A DNA stretch of 57,482 nucleotides, from the NCBI GenBank assembly GCA_017622535.1, contig JAGAQX010000151.1, positions 1 through 57,482 of the forward strand. Direction: 5' to 3'. Below are positions 27,946 through 37,092 of this stretch, one piece after another. How positions within the stretch are numbered: the first letter of the stretch is position 1; each line of letters opens with the position of its first letter. Both the position numbers and the translations under genes were made by a program. Source of the stretch: Lachnospiraceae bacterium (GTDB lineage: Bacteria; Bacillota; Clostridia; Lachnospirales; Lachnospiraceae). Under the pieces are notes generated by a model. The model did not search any database. It saw only the letters and a program-made list of their open reading frames with translations, and was not told where the DNA came from.

Positions 27946-29475
27946 ATGTACAAAATTATGACTTCTGACGAAGCAATCGATATTATAAAAGATGGCGACG
28001 TCATCTGTTTAAATTCATTTTTAGGAATCGAAAATCCTACTGAATTACACGAAGCGATTTATCGAAAATATAAGGCAACCGGTTCTCCAAAACACTTGAC
28101 CATGGTTTCTAGTGCTGGATTCGGTGTTTGGGACGAAAATAAAAATGCAGAACAGTACATAAAGGACGGTGCCGTAGACAAGATTATCTGCGGACATTTT
28201 GGAGCTATGTTTAGCACAAAGAGACTTGTACTAGAGGACAAGTTTGAAGCATACAATCTTCCATTGGGTTGTATTTCCCATGCGATTCGTGCACAGGCCG
28301 GTGGTATTCCAGGTGCCTTATCCAAAGTTGGCCTTGACATTTTTGTTGACCCATTGGTGGACGGACCAGGAATCAACAGTATTTCTAAAGATGATTCTCT
28401 TGTAACTCATGTGGAGGTTGACGGGGAGGAATTCTTATACTACAAACTACCAAAATTCAATGTGGCGCTCATTAAAGGTACCACTGCTGACCGCAAGGGT
28501 AACATTTCCTTTGACGACATGTATATGTCTGGTGACGCACTATCCATCTGCCAAGCAACTAAGGCAAATGGTGGTAAGGTCATTGTTCAGGTGGATCGTA
28601 TTGAAAGTACACCTTCTAGACCTCGTAATACTATTATTCCTGGATGTCTTGTAGATGCAATTGTTAAAGTTGAGCCAGAACCACGTCACGCCGCATATGA
28701 GTCATTAACCGGTAGTTTTGAAATTCCGTACTCTCAATGGCAGGATTGGAGCGACATGTTAGAGGCAAGAACATCCACCAAAAGTGTTGTCAATGTGGCA
28801 GGAAACATCATTGGTAAGCGTGCTGCTATGGAACTTCGAGAAGATGACATCGTAAATATCGGTGTGGGAATTCCCGAAACCGTTACGAAATATGCTCGTG
28901 AAACTGGTATTTTAGATAAAGTAACATTAACGGTAGAATCCGGCGGTGTAGGTGGTTTCCCTGCTTCTGGCAAGGTATTCGGTGCTGTTATCGGTGCAAA
29001 TTCCATGTACGACATGGCAAACCAATTTGACCTATACAACAACGGCGGTTTGGATATCTGTTTTATGGGTGGTATTGAAGTAGACGTGCATGGCAATGTC
29101 AATGCACACCGTGGTCCCGGAGCCTTTGCCGGGGTGGGGGGATTTGCCAACATTACTGCCAAAACCAAAACTGTGGTATTCTGTTTAACATTTAACGCAA
29201 AGGGATTAAATGTGGACGAAAAAGACGGAAAAATCACTATTGTCAACGAAGGTTCCATCCCAAAATTTGTAGATGAGGTAACAAGCATCAGCTTTTCTGC
29301 GAAACGTGCACGGGCTAACAAACAAAGAATTTTGTATGTGACGGAGCGTTGTGTATTCGAATTAGGCGAACATGGACTTAGACTCATTGAAGTATATCCA
29401 GGAGTGGATATGGAAAATGATATATTAAAGCAGTTGCCATTTAAGGTGGAAGTAGATTCACTGCTTCAATATTAA
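27946..29475 (+). CDS. Acyl-CoA:acetate/propionate CoA-transferase (Pct/YdiF family)
   Basis: The protein resembles Clostridium propionicum Pct end to end as I recall it (IKDGD, VGLDIFVDP, ALIKGTTADRKGNISF, catalytic LTVESGGVGG, ILYVTERCVF). Confidence 0.85.
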   Translation: MYKIMTSDEAIDIIKDGDVICLNSFLGIENPTELHEAIYRKYKATGSPKHLTMVSSAGFGVWDENKNAEQYIKDGAVDKIICGHFGAMFSTKRLVLEDKFEAYNLPLGCISHAIRAQAGGIPGALSKVGLDIFVDPLVDGPGINSISKDDSLVTHVEVDGEEFLYYKLPKFNVALIKGTTADRKGNISFDDMYMSGDALSICQATKANGGKVIVQVDRIESTPSRPRNTIIPGCLVDAIVKVEPEPRHAAYESLTGSFEIPYSQWQDWSDMLEARTSTKSVVNVAGNIIGKRAAMELREDDIVNIGVGIPETVTKYARETGILDKVTLTVESGGVGGFPASGKVFGAVIGANSMYDMANQFDLYNNGGLDICFMGGIEVDVHGNVNAHRGPGAFAGVGGFANITAKTKTVVFCLTFNAKGLNVDEKDGKITIVNEGSIPKFVDEVTSISFSAKRARANKQRILYVTERCVFELGEHGLRLIEVYPGVDMENDILKQLPFKVEVDSLLQY

Positions 29476-29554
29476 AGGTTCAAAAAAACGATTCACGATT
29501 CAGAAACGACTTGAAAATATATAAAATATCTATACTAAGGAGGACTCTATCTTT

Positions 29555-30361
29555 ATGAATAACGAAAAGAAAAGACATATTCGTTTATTACTTATCAGCT
29601 TATTATTTGCAGCAATATTTATAGGTGCCGCAGCCTATCTTGTAATCACACATCGTGGAACAGAGGCTGCTACAGACACGATTGTAAGTATCACTAAAAT
29701 TCTAGCGCTAATCGGTGTATTCTTTTTGGTATTGGCATTTGGACACGTCGTACCCGCCTTTGTCACCTTAAAAAAACGAGAAGACGGTAAGCCGGTAGCA
29801 GAAGGCAGCGGTATCTTCAGCGAAAAAAAGATGCAAGATGCATTAGGAAACTATATTCCAGACGGAGAGACATTACTTGCCGGTATTCATGCTGTTGGAA
29901 AAGAATCTTCTGTGACATGCGTATTCGAAAACTGTGTGCTTACGGAGGACGCATTACTTGCCAACGAGAATGGCAACACCGTGTCAGTAAGCAAATCCAA
30001 ATACTCCACATATGACCTGTACATCGGCATTACCCAGAACTGTTTCATTGTAGCCGATTGTGAAACTTACCGCTATTACTATGAATTTGACAAAGAGCCT
30101 AATACTGATACAACAGATATTCAGACTGTAACCGAAGATATTCAGTTAAGAGATATTGGCAAATGCTTCTCATTAACAGATATCCAAAGCTTCGAGATGA
30201 AGAATGGGTTTGCTGGTTCCATCAACTGTATGATCAAGTTGAAAAACGGAGGCTACTTCAAGCTTCTACTTCCAAAAATGGGGGGATTAGGCGGTGGTAT
30301 GCCACGCCATGAAGAATATAGAGATGCGATTGTGAAACGCTTGAACGAATGTAATGCATAA
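29555..30361 (+). CDS. Hypothetical two-TM membrane protein
   Basis: A GGAGG RBS precedes the start. Two N-terminal TM helices are followed by a soluble C-terminal domain. No family was recognised. Confidence 0.65.
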   Translation: MNNEKKRHIRLLLISLLFAAIFIGAAAYLVITHRGTEAATDTIVSITKILALIGVFFLVLAFGHVVPAFVTLKKREDGKPVAEGSGIFSEKKMQDALGNYIPDGETLLAGIHAVGKESSVTCVFENCVLTEDALLANENGNTVSVSKSKYSTYDLYIGITQNCFIVADCETYRYYYEFDKEPNTDTTDIQTVTEDIQLRDIGKCFSLTDIQSFEMKNGFAGSINCMIKLKNGGYFKLLLPKMGGLGGGMPRHEEYRDAIVKRLNECNA

Positions 30362-30393
30362 AAGCTCTCAAATAACCTAGATACATAATGATA

Positions 30394-30433
30394 AGCCCCA
30401 CATTTTACTCATCACAAAGTAAAATGTGGGGCT
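30394..30433. terminator. Bidirectional terminator hairpin between convergent genes
   Basis: A perfect 15-bp stem forms between agccccacattttac and gtaaaatgtggggct, with a 10-nt loop. Confidence 0.6.
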
Positions 30434-30495
30434 CTATTATTATCATTTATCCAATTGTTTGAACCAAATACATTGGTACATCAAATATACTTACC

Positions 30496-32319
30496 TTACT
30501 TCCACCATTCCTTTTCCTCTTCTTCGGAATCCAAAACTACAGTGACATTCGCCCCTAAATCTGACCCTTGGGAAATCGCATTTTGTCCGCACCACACAAT
30601 TTCGAACTGTGACAACTGCTGTAGTGGACGCAAATCTGTCACATAGTTGTTGGTAATATCTAGTTTCTTCAAATTTGGCAGGCTCTCAACAAAGGAAATA
30701 TTGATAAGCTTGTTCCCTTGCAGATACAACTCCTCAAGATTGCCAAATTTCTTTACCACATCGATGTTATCAACCAATTCCACATCATCATAATCTACAT
30801 AAGTAAATGCACCATCATACTGCACCACAATATTTTCCCAAAGGCGTAATCGATTCATATGTAATACCTTCAAGTTTGTGTGCTCAGGAATCGCATCAAA
30901 ATTCATCCCAAAGCTACAATCATTAATATTAATCTCTTCCAAGCTTGCAATCGAAAAAATAGCTTCCACATTTCCATATACAGTTATACCACTCATATCT
31001 AACACCTTAAGCTTGGACAAACTCGTTAACATATTCAAATTATCCAAATCACCATACACACTGCCAATTTGTAAATACTCTAAATTCTGCAACGAAGCAA
31101 AGACATCAAAGGTACTGCAATCCGCCCCTCTTAAATACAATTTTTTTAATTCAGTCAAAGATTGCATAAAAGAAATATCGGATACACCTGCGATAGACAA
31201 TGTATGTAACTTTGTCCAGTTATTTGCATCAGGCATTTGCGCTTTACTTCCCACTTCCAATGTCAATTCTTCTAATCCACTCAAAGAGCTTAACGCACTA
31301 TAATCAGATATTTCTCCATTATCCTGCAGGATAACCGTCTTTAATGATGTTTTCCCCTCTAATGCCGAAATATCAATTACGATGGTATTCTCCAAAGAAA
31401 GCTCTTGTAAATTAGACATCTTTTCTACAAAGGAAATATCCTTAAGCTGTTCTGTCTCGAGATGTAAATTTTCCAGTTGCTTCAAGGAATGCAAAACACC
31501 AAAATCTGTAATTGCATCACCATTTACTATCTCTAATGTTTTCAAATTGGTAAGAGCGCTAATTGCATTCAAATCTACCAAATCATAGTCATCGATATGC
31601 AGATACTCCAATTTTGTAAATGCATCCACCCCATCTAATGTTTCTGCATCAAAGCATCCGTATATCTTTAGCTTATCCGGATTTGGCAGGCTAGACGCCA
31701 AATCTTTTGGTGTATTCCGGCACCACACTTCTTCTAGCGAGTTTAATTGTTCCAATGCCACTTGAGGAATGGTCTCTGTGGCAAAATGAAGCTTTGTAAG
31801 ATTCGGGAAATTTTTCAAATCTCCCATATCACAATACAAAGAGTCTTCCAGCTGTATCTGCTTGTTTTCACCATCGTTTCTGCTGTATTCTACGACATAA
31901 CAACCATTCTCATAATAAGCATATATCGAAGTTAACTCCTCTAATTCTTCCTCTGCAACATCATCTACTGAAGTACCATAGATTTCCTGTACAAGGGTTT
32001 TAAAGAATTCAGAGCGAAACTTCTCTTCTTGTACTTCTGTCACAACTGATGAAGAACGGTTATTATTGGTTGAATAACTTTCACGAATTGACACCACTAA
32101 GAACACCAATAACAGAATTACGATGATGGCAAACACACTAGCCAACAGACAACCCTCTTGTGATGAGGAAGATGATGATTCATGTATATGAATCTCTTTA
32201 GGTTCATCTCTATCAATCAAATATATCGCATCACAATGTGGGCATCGGGCTCTTTCTCTGTCAATCTGCTCTAATGCACCACCACAATTTTCACATTCCA
32301 TTTCAATTAGTTTAATCAT
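30496..32319 (-). CDS. Zinc-ribbon / single-TM / leucine-rich-repeat (internalin-like LRR) protein
   Basis: The N-terminus is CENCGG..17..CPHCDAIY, followed by a TM helix (CLLASVFAIIVILLLVFLVV). About 15 repeats of roughly 22 aa follow (LxxLxxLxLxxNxIxDISxL). Confidence 0.75.
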   Translation of the reverse strand: MIKLIEMECENCGGALEQIDRERARCPHCDAIYLIDRDEPKEIHIHESSSSSSQEGCLLASVFAIIVILLLVFLVVSIRESYSTNNNRSSSVVTEVQEEKFRSEFFKTLVQEIYGTSVDDVAEEELEELTSIYAYYENGCYVVEYSRNDGENKQIQLEDSLYCDMGDLKNFPNLTKLHFATETIPQVALEQLNSLEEVWCRNTPKDLASSLPNPDKLKIYGCFDAETLDGVDAFTKLEYLHIDDYDLVDLNAISALTNLKTLEIVNGDAITDFGVLHSLKQLENLHLETEQLKDISFVEKMSNLQELSLENTIVIDISALEGKTSLKTVILQDNGEISDYSALSSLSGLEELTLEVGSKAQMPDANNWTKLHTLSIAGVSDISFMQSLTELKKLYLRGADCSTFDVFASLQNLEYLQIGSVYGDLDNLNMLTSLSKLKVLDMSGITVYGNVEAIFSIASLEEININDCSFGMNFDAIPEHTNLKVLHMNRLRLWENIVVQYDGAFTYVDYDDVELVDNIDVVKKFGNLEELYLQGNKLINISFVESLPNLKKLDITNNYVTDLRPLQQLSQFEIVWCGQNAISQGSDLGANVTVVLDSEEEEKEWWK

Positions 32320-32627
32320 ATATTTTTCCTCTACTTATATAATAAGTTTCTTTTTCCTTATATTATTGTCAATTTATCATTTTGAATCTATATTGTCAAT
32401 GAATGCATATATCATTGTCACCACCTAAAACAAGCGTTAAAAACATATACCGAAATGCTCAAAAACCTTATAATTCCTTGTCTTCTAGGTTGACACAATA
32501 CTAAAGAAAGTATTATTATGTTCATAGTACAGTTATTTCATTAAAAACGAATAATACGATGATTCTTTTATTAAAAACAAATTATCAACTGTTCACAAAA
32601 ACACTTTTTTAATGAGGAGGAAAGAGC

Positions 32628-34202
32628 ATGATTACATTACAAAAGAACAAACGATTAGCTGTAGGCTTATTACTAGCAATTCTATTGTTAGTTTCTGTAT
32701 GTGCAACACATCCTGTTCACGCAGCTTCTACAACAGATATCGCAGTTGGCGGCCAGCAATACTACTTAACCAGCGTAAAATATCCTGGACGAGCAGTTAA
32801 CATGTATGTCGATTCTACTGCCGCTATTACAAATAAGACTCCCGTCAATTTGTACGCATTGGACAAAAGCACAACACAGCGCTTTACTTTTGTTAAAAAC
32901 ACCAAGGGAAACTACCTAATGATTCCTTATGGCAGTAAATATACTGTTAATGTTTCTGCATTGCAAGCTGGTACAGCAGTATTTGCTTGGCAAAATAAAG
33001 CCGTTAACAATGAATACTTCATTATCGAAAAAACTAGCGACGGATATTACACCATGCGAATGGAAAATGCTACCGGACTATACTTAACAGCAGACTCTAA
33101 TTCTAAGTTGACGCTACGAGCTAAGGCTGCTGACAACTCACAGAAATTTGCATTCCATCCTTATCCTGAAACTACACCGGAAACGGATGCTGCTACAGAC
33201 ACTGCTACCGATGCTGCAAATGACGCAGCAAACGTTACATCCTTCTTCACAGAGGGAAATCAGTATTACTTCACAAGTGTTAAATATAGTGGAAGAGCCA
33301 TTAATATGTCTGTAAACAAAAATTCCGCTATCAAAAACAACACAAAGGTAAATTTATATGCCCTTGATAAAAGTGAAACTCAACGTTTCACCTTCAAAAA
33401 GAATAGTGCTGGTCAATATTTAATGGTTCCATCAGGAACATCTTATACAGTAAATGTAAACAAACTCAGCGCTGGTTGTAAGGTAATCGCCTATAAAAAC
33501 CAAGCTAAAAATAATGAGTATTTGATTGTTGAAAGAACAGCTGAAGGATATTATATGTTCCGATTAGCTAACAAGCCAAGCCTGTATTTAACAGCTACTT
33601 CAAAGAACACTCTTACATTCAAGAAAAAAACCTCAGGTACATCCCAACAATTTAAGGGTGTAGATTATTCTATCGAAAGCACAATAGTTAATATCACAAA
33701 GAACCTAGAAACATCATCTCTTACACTAGGTGTTAAGCATCTTATGCAGACTGATAAACGTTGGAAAAAAATCTCTTATGATCCTAGAGATAAAAACGCT
33801 ACTATTGGTACTTATGGCTGTCTTGTAACTAGTATGACAATGGTATACAACTATAGACACAATACTACTTATACACCAGTTACTTACGCAAAAAAGAGAA
33901 TGAAATTCGATGGCAACGGATATGCTAATGGTGGGGATTACAAAAAGCTAAAAAAAGTCACACCTTTCAGTTGTAAAACTATAAAGAAATATATTGATTC
34001 GGGTTATCCTCTCATTATATTCGGTAGAACCAAAAAGAATGCTGGTGCTACACATTATGCCGTAGTTTATGGCTACACAAATGGTGCCACAAGCGCCAAG
34101 TACTGTAAGCTTTACGATCCAGCTTCTAAAAAGAGAACAACCGTTTCACATTTCTTAAAGACATACAAACACAACGGTAAGCTTTATATTCTAAAAGATT
34201 AA
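32628..34202 (+). CDS. Secreted protein with two ricin-type beta-trefoil-like repeats and a C-terminal papain/C39-like cysteine peptidase domain
   Basis: It has a signal peptide and an internal duplication (aa ~35-180 versus ~205-345, with repeated YYLTSVKY..GRA.NM..., TQRFTF and NNEY.I.E motifs). The C-terminus carries GTYGCLVTSMTMV (Cys) and ATHYAVVYGY (His). Confidence 0.55.
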   Translation: MITLQKNKRLAVGLLLAILLLVSVCATHPVHAASTTDIAVGGQQYYLTSVKYPGRAVNMYVDSTAAITNKTPVNLYALDKSTTQRFTFVKNTKGNYLMIPYGSKYTVNVSALQAGTAVFAWQNKAVNNEYFIIEKTSDGYYTMRMENATGLYLTADSNSKLTLRAKAADNSQKFAFHPYPETTPETDAATDTATDAANDAANVTSFFTEGNQYYFTSVKYSGRAINMSVNKNSAIKNNTKVNLYALDKSETQRFTFKKNSAGQYLMVPSGTSYTVNVNKLSAGCKVIAYKNQAKNNEYLIVERTAEGYYMFRLANKPSLYLTATSKNTLTFKKKTSGTSQQFKGVDYSIESTIVNITKNLETSSLTLGVKHLMQTDKRWKKISYDPRDKNATIGTYGCLVTSMTMVYNYRHNTTYTPVTYAKKRMKFDGNGYANGGDYKKLKKVTPFSCKTIKKYIDSGYPLIIFGRTKKNAGATHYAVVYGYTNGATSAKYCKLYDPASKKRTTVSHFLKTYKHNGKLYILKD

Positions 34203-34224
34203 TACATAATAGAATATTAACTGT

Positions 34225-34266
34225 AAATAGGCAGATGTTCAAAAATTGAACATCTGCCTATTTTTT
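34225..34266 (+). terminator. Rho-independent terminator after the ricin/peptidase gene
   Basis: A perfect 17-bp stem forms between aaataggcagatgttca and tgaacatctgcctattt, followed by TTTTTT. Confidence 0.85.
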
Positions 34267-34305
34267 CATCAACTTCAATTTACCCCCACTCTTGACAAAG
34301 AGCCC

Positions 34306-34475
34306 AAAAAACTCCTCGTACATCATTACGACATACGAGGAGTTTGTTTAACTAATTGATATTCAATTCAACCGATTACGGTGTATTACTTATCATTGAT
34401 TGCAGCCTGTGTGGTCTAAAGTCGTTGGATATAAAGTTATGTAAACTTGTTTGCTATTCAAAACACTGTTACATA
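34306..34475 (-). repeat. Copy 1 (minimal form) of the ppdK-end composite element
   Basis: It comprises a terminator hairpin (34309-34345), a conserved arm aactaattgatattcaattcaaccgatta, a 7-nt filler, the 24-nt core 34386-34409, and a shared upstream arm running to about 34475. It lacks the roughly 174-nt hairpin module. Confidence 0.8.
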
Positions 34476-34555
34476 ACAAAGAATTTAAGCTATCGTAGGA
34501 TAATTATTATTCCCTACCCTGAACAACACTTTTCCCGTTTTAAGGCGGATAATAA

Positions 34556-34885
34556 TTATATAATCTGCTCTCTGCTTTGCCGATTATGTAAAAATCTACG
34601 AATCTCCATTACTTTTCCTAACTGCTCATCATTTATAACAACATAATAAACCACATAGTTTTTTACATAAATCCGATAATACGGATAACGTCTTTCTTTA
34701 ACAGAATAATATGGTTCAAATGATTCTGCATTGGGTTGACGTTCCAATATAGCACTTTCCACTCTATCTAATAAATTATTAGCTGCTTGTGGATTATTCA
34801 GCGTCTCCGCTATATATGTTGCTACATTTTCCAAATCTTCATAAAATTTAGGCAAATATCTAATCACATATGCCATATCAGCCAT
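34556..34885 (-). CDS. Type II toxin, RelE/ParE family
   Basis: The protein is 109 aa and matches the ParE-like pattern (YVIRYLPKFYEDLENVATYI, YRIYVKNYVVYYVV). It overlaps the upstream antitoxin stop. Confidence 0.75.
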   Translation of the reverse strand: MADMAYVIRYLPKFYEDLENVATYIAETLNNPQAANNLLDRVESAILERQPNAESFEPYYSVKERRYPYYRIYVKNYVVYYVVINDEQLGKVMEIRRFLHNRQSREQII

Positions 34886-35135
34886 TAATCCGCCTCCTCA
34901 AATTAGAGAATACTTCTTCATGTGTATATCTTGTAGAATCTTCTTCTGCTAATCGATCAGCTTCATCTAATGCCACTTCAACACCATCGGTCAGTTTTGA
35001 ATATGCCTCTAAACTCAACACCACCATTTTTCCATAACCATTTTTAGTAAGATAAACTGGCTGCCCTTCATCCACAAGCTTTTCAATATCCGCGAATTTA
35101 TTTCTCAAATCAGAGACTGGTTTTATTTGTATCAT
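34878..35135 (-). CDS. Type II antitoxin, Phd/YefM family
   Basis: The sequence MIQIKPVSDLRNKFADIEKLVDEGQPVYLTKNGYGKMVVLSLEAY is typical of the family. The start is set at ATG 35135, preceded by GGAG; the track ORF extends to 35153. Confidence 0.75.
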   Translation of the reverse strand: MIQIKPVSDLRNKFADIEKLVDEGQPVYLTKNGYGKMVVLSLEAYSKLTDGVEVALDEADRLAEEDSTRYTHEEVFSNLRRRING

Positions 35136-35232
35136 AGTAATCACTCCTATCATAATTTTATCAAAATTTTATCATTACAATTATTATATCCAATCACAAG
35201 ATGTATTACAAGTATAATATGTCTCCATTACA

Positions 35233-35267
35233 TAAAAAATAACAGGAACATTACTATTCCTGTTATT
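35233..35267 (-). terminator. Rho-independent terminator after the small ORF / DUF4230 operon
   Basis: A 10-bp stem forms between aataacagga and tcctgttatt, followed on the minus strand by TTTTT. Confidence 0.7.
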
Positions 35268-35274
35268 CTATATC

Positions 35275-35454
35275 CTAAAACAAACCTTTGGCTATTACTT
35301 CTTTTTGTCTCTGTTGCATGAAGAAGTTACTAATTAATTCGACAAATTCTTGTTCTTCCTCTGATTCAGCATTTAACGCTACTTCTACTGTATCTTCGAT
35401 ATCCATTTCTTTGCACACTTTATAGAATTCTTTAAATGATTCTGTAAGAGTCAT
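35275..35454 (-). CDS. Small acidic protein (59 aa), absent from the ORF track (below its length cutoff)
   Basis: The ATG at 35454 is preceded by GGAGGT 7 nt upstream. The product reads MTLTESFKEFYKVCKEMDIEDTVEVALNAESEEEQEFVELISNFFMQQRQKEVIAKGLF, with TAG at 35277-35275. A terminator follows immediately. Confidence 0.55.
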   Translation of the reverse strand: MTLTESFKEFYKVCKEMDIEDTVEVALNAESEEEQEFVELISNFFMQQRQKEVIAKGLF

Positions 35455-35488
35455 GGTGTACCTCCATTCACAAAATTAATCTTAACAT

Positions 35489-36115
35489 TTATTTTGCTTC
35501 ATCGTTTATTTTTGTTGTTTCTTCGCCATCTTCATATACCCATGTAATCTTATACTCAACACCTGAAACTTCTCCTAATCGGTCAATATAATTTTTAATC
35601 AAATCCTTTGCTCGACTCTGCGCACTCAATAGTAATGCAGAATTATTTTTTACACTCTCCTCCATTTCTTTTTGTGCATTTTCAATTGCCGCCGTTTGAT
35701 CCTCTGCAGTAATTTTATTACTATTCAACCCATCTGCCGATGATATATAAGATTCTTCATTCAAAGTTGATTCTTCCACACTAATATTCATTAATTCAGC
35801 ATCAGGAATCGAAATAATAACATTAGTCCCATCCATCTCCATGGTCACTTTTGACATATCAACTCCAACTTTGGCTACACCGGTGTACTCTATCCAAAAT
35901 TTTCTTTCTTTTTCTCCCCAATGTGCAATCCCCTCACCTGCTGTTTTTACCGATTTTGCCACATTGTGATAATAACATTCCAATGTCGCCAAATTGCATA
36001 TTGACCTAATTTGTGTTATCTCTGGTTCATTTATAACCTTTTTTTCTGCCGAACAAGAACACATAATTAATACTGTCAATAACATAATACCTATTATAAA
36101 TATTTTTTTAATCAT
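35489..36115 (-). CDS. DUF4230-like lipoprotein
   Basis: It has a signal/lipobox (LLTVLIMCSCS) and the pattern I..IRSICNLATLECYYHNV...GVAKVGVDMSKV...ISIPDAEL, which I associate with DUF4230. Confidence 0.55.
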   Translation of the reverse strand: MIKKIFIIGIMLLTVLIMCSCSAEKKVINEPEITQIRSICNLATLECYYHNVAKSVKTAGEGIAHWGEKERKFWIEYTGVAKVGVDMSKVTMEMDGTNVIISIPDAELMNISVEESTLNEESYISSADGLNSNKITAEDQTAAIENAQKEMEESVKNNSALLLSAQSRAKDLIKNYIDRLGEVSGVEYKITWVYEDGEETTKINDEAK

Positions 36116-36127
36116 TTCCTCATCCCC

Positions 36128-36739
36128 TTACTTTACTTCAACTTCGTATTCTTCATCTACTTGTTGAATCCATGGTGTAAACAAAGCTTTTACTGATTCT
36201 ATCGCGTTTGTTTTAGCCATTTTAATCAAATCAGTTTCATTCTTGACGCGATTTTCTAAATCTTGTTTGCAAGCTTTATATGCCTCTTGCGAAACCGTTT
36301 CCGTTTCATATTTGTCTTTCATAAAAATGTAATCCAATGTTCCCATATTTACATCTGTCACATGTATCTCTATTTCCGGAAGTGTTATTACAATCTTCTT
36401 TTGCTCTTCATCTGGAACAATTTTAATTTTTTTAAAATCAATTCCTGCTGTCACAACTCCTTCATATGCAACATAGTATTTTATGGTTGTCCCATCTTCG
36501 TCATAAACTTTTGTAGTAGCATTATATGTATAATCTACTGTTGACAATTCGTTAATCTCAACTATCTTTTCCAACGAAGATTTTGAAATTGTACTTACTT
36601 GTCCTTCTTTGTTATTAAATACTACCATTTTCATATAAACACCAATTGCGATAAGCAGTATTATTGCAATAAATACCGAAACTGCTATAATTTTCTTTTT
36701 GATTTTTGTTAAATTAATTTTTTTATCTTCTCTTTCCAT
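36128..36739 (-). CDS. DUF4230-like membrane-anchored protein
   Basis: The likely start is ATG 36739 (MEREDKK...), preceded by AAAGGAG; the track ORF extends to 36892. An N-terminal TM is followed by INELSTVDYTYNAT...GVVTAGIDFKKIKI...ITLPEIEI. Confidence 0.55.
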   Translation of the reverse strand: MEREDKKINLTKIKKKIIAVSVFIAIILLIAIGVYMKMVVFNNKEGQVSTISKSSLEKIVEINELSTVDYTYNATTKVYDEDGTTIKYYVAYEGVVTAGIDFKKIKIVPDEEQKKIVITLPEIEIHVTDVNMGTLDYIFMKDKYETETVSQEAYKACKQDLENRVKNETDLIKMAKTNAIESVKALFTPWIQQVDEEYEVEVK

Positions 36740-36945
36740 ATATATTTTCTTCTCCTTTGTATATCGTATAGTAGGAACACTTTTCCTCATAATATAATTC
36801 GTGTTTTTCACAAAAACAAATCTAAGAACAACGGATTTGTCATATAACCGCCAACATTTGTAACCAATATATATCCTGATTAAACATACCATATTATTCT
36901 ATCATAAATAGAATTCATTGTCATTTTTTCAGTATGATTTTTCAC

Positions 36946-36986
36946 ACACAAAAAGGAAGCTAATTGCCCTGCAAACAATTAGCTTC
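36946..36986 (-). terminator. Rho-independent terminator after the acidic lipoprotein gene
   Basis: A perfect 11-bp stem forms between gaagctaattg and caattagcttc, followed on the minus strand by CTTTTTGTG. Confidence 0.75.
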
Positions 36987-37092
36987 TCTACTCAAAAAAA
37001 GTCGAACCCTACCATATCAAAAATCCTTATATTCAAGTCATCTTTATTATTGTAGTAATTCTACATCTTGTCCTATATCGCACAAATCCATT

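Noticed and set aside
34356-34646. A 96-aa ORF (MIFNSTDY...), its 69-aa counterpart at 41505-41714, and a 40-codon version in copy 2, all starting inside the repeated element on the plus strand.
   Set aside because: All use a TTG start with no RBS. The shared N-terminal 23 residues simply reflect nucleotide-identical conserved RNA sequence. Beyond that the frames diverge completely and stop at different places. The structural evidence (G-U pairs) favours a minus-strand RNA.
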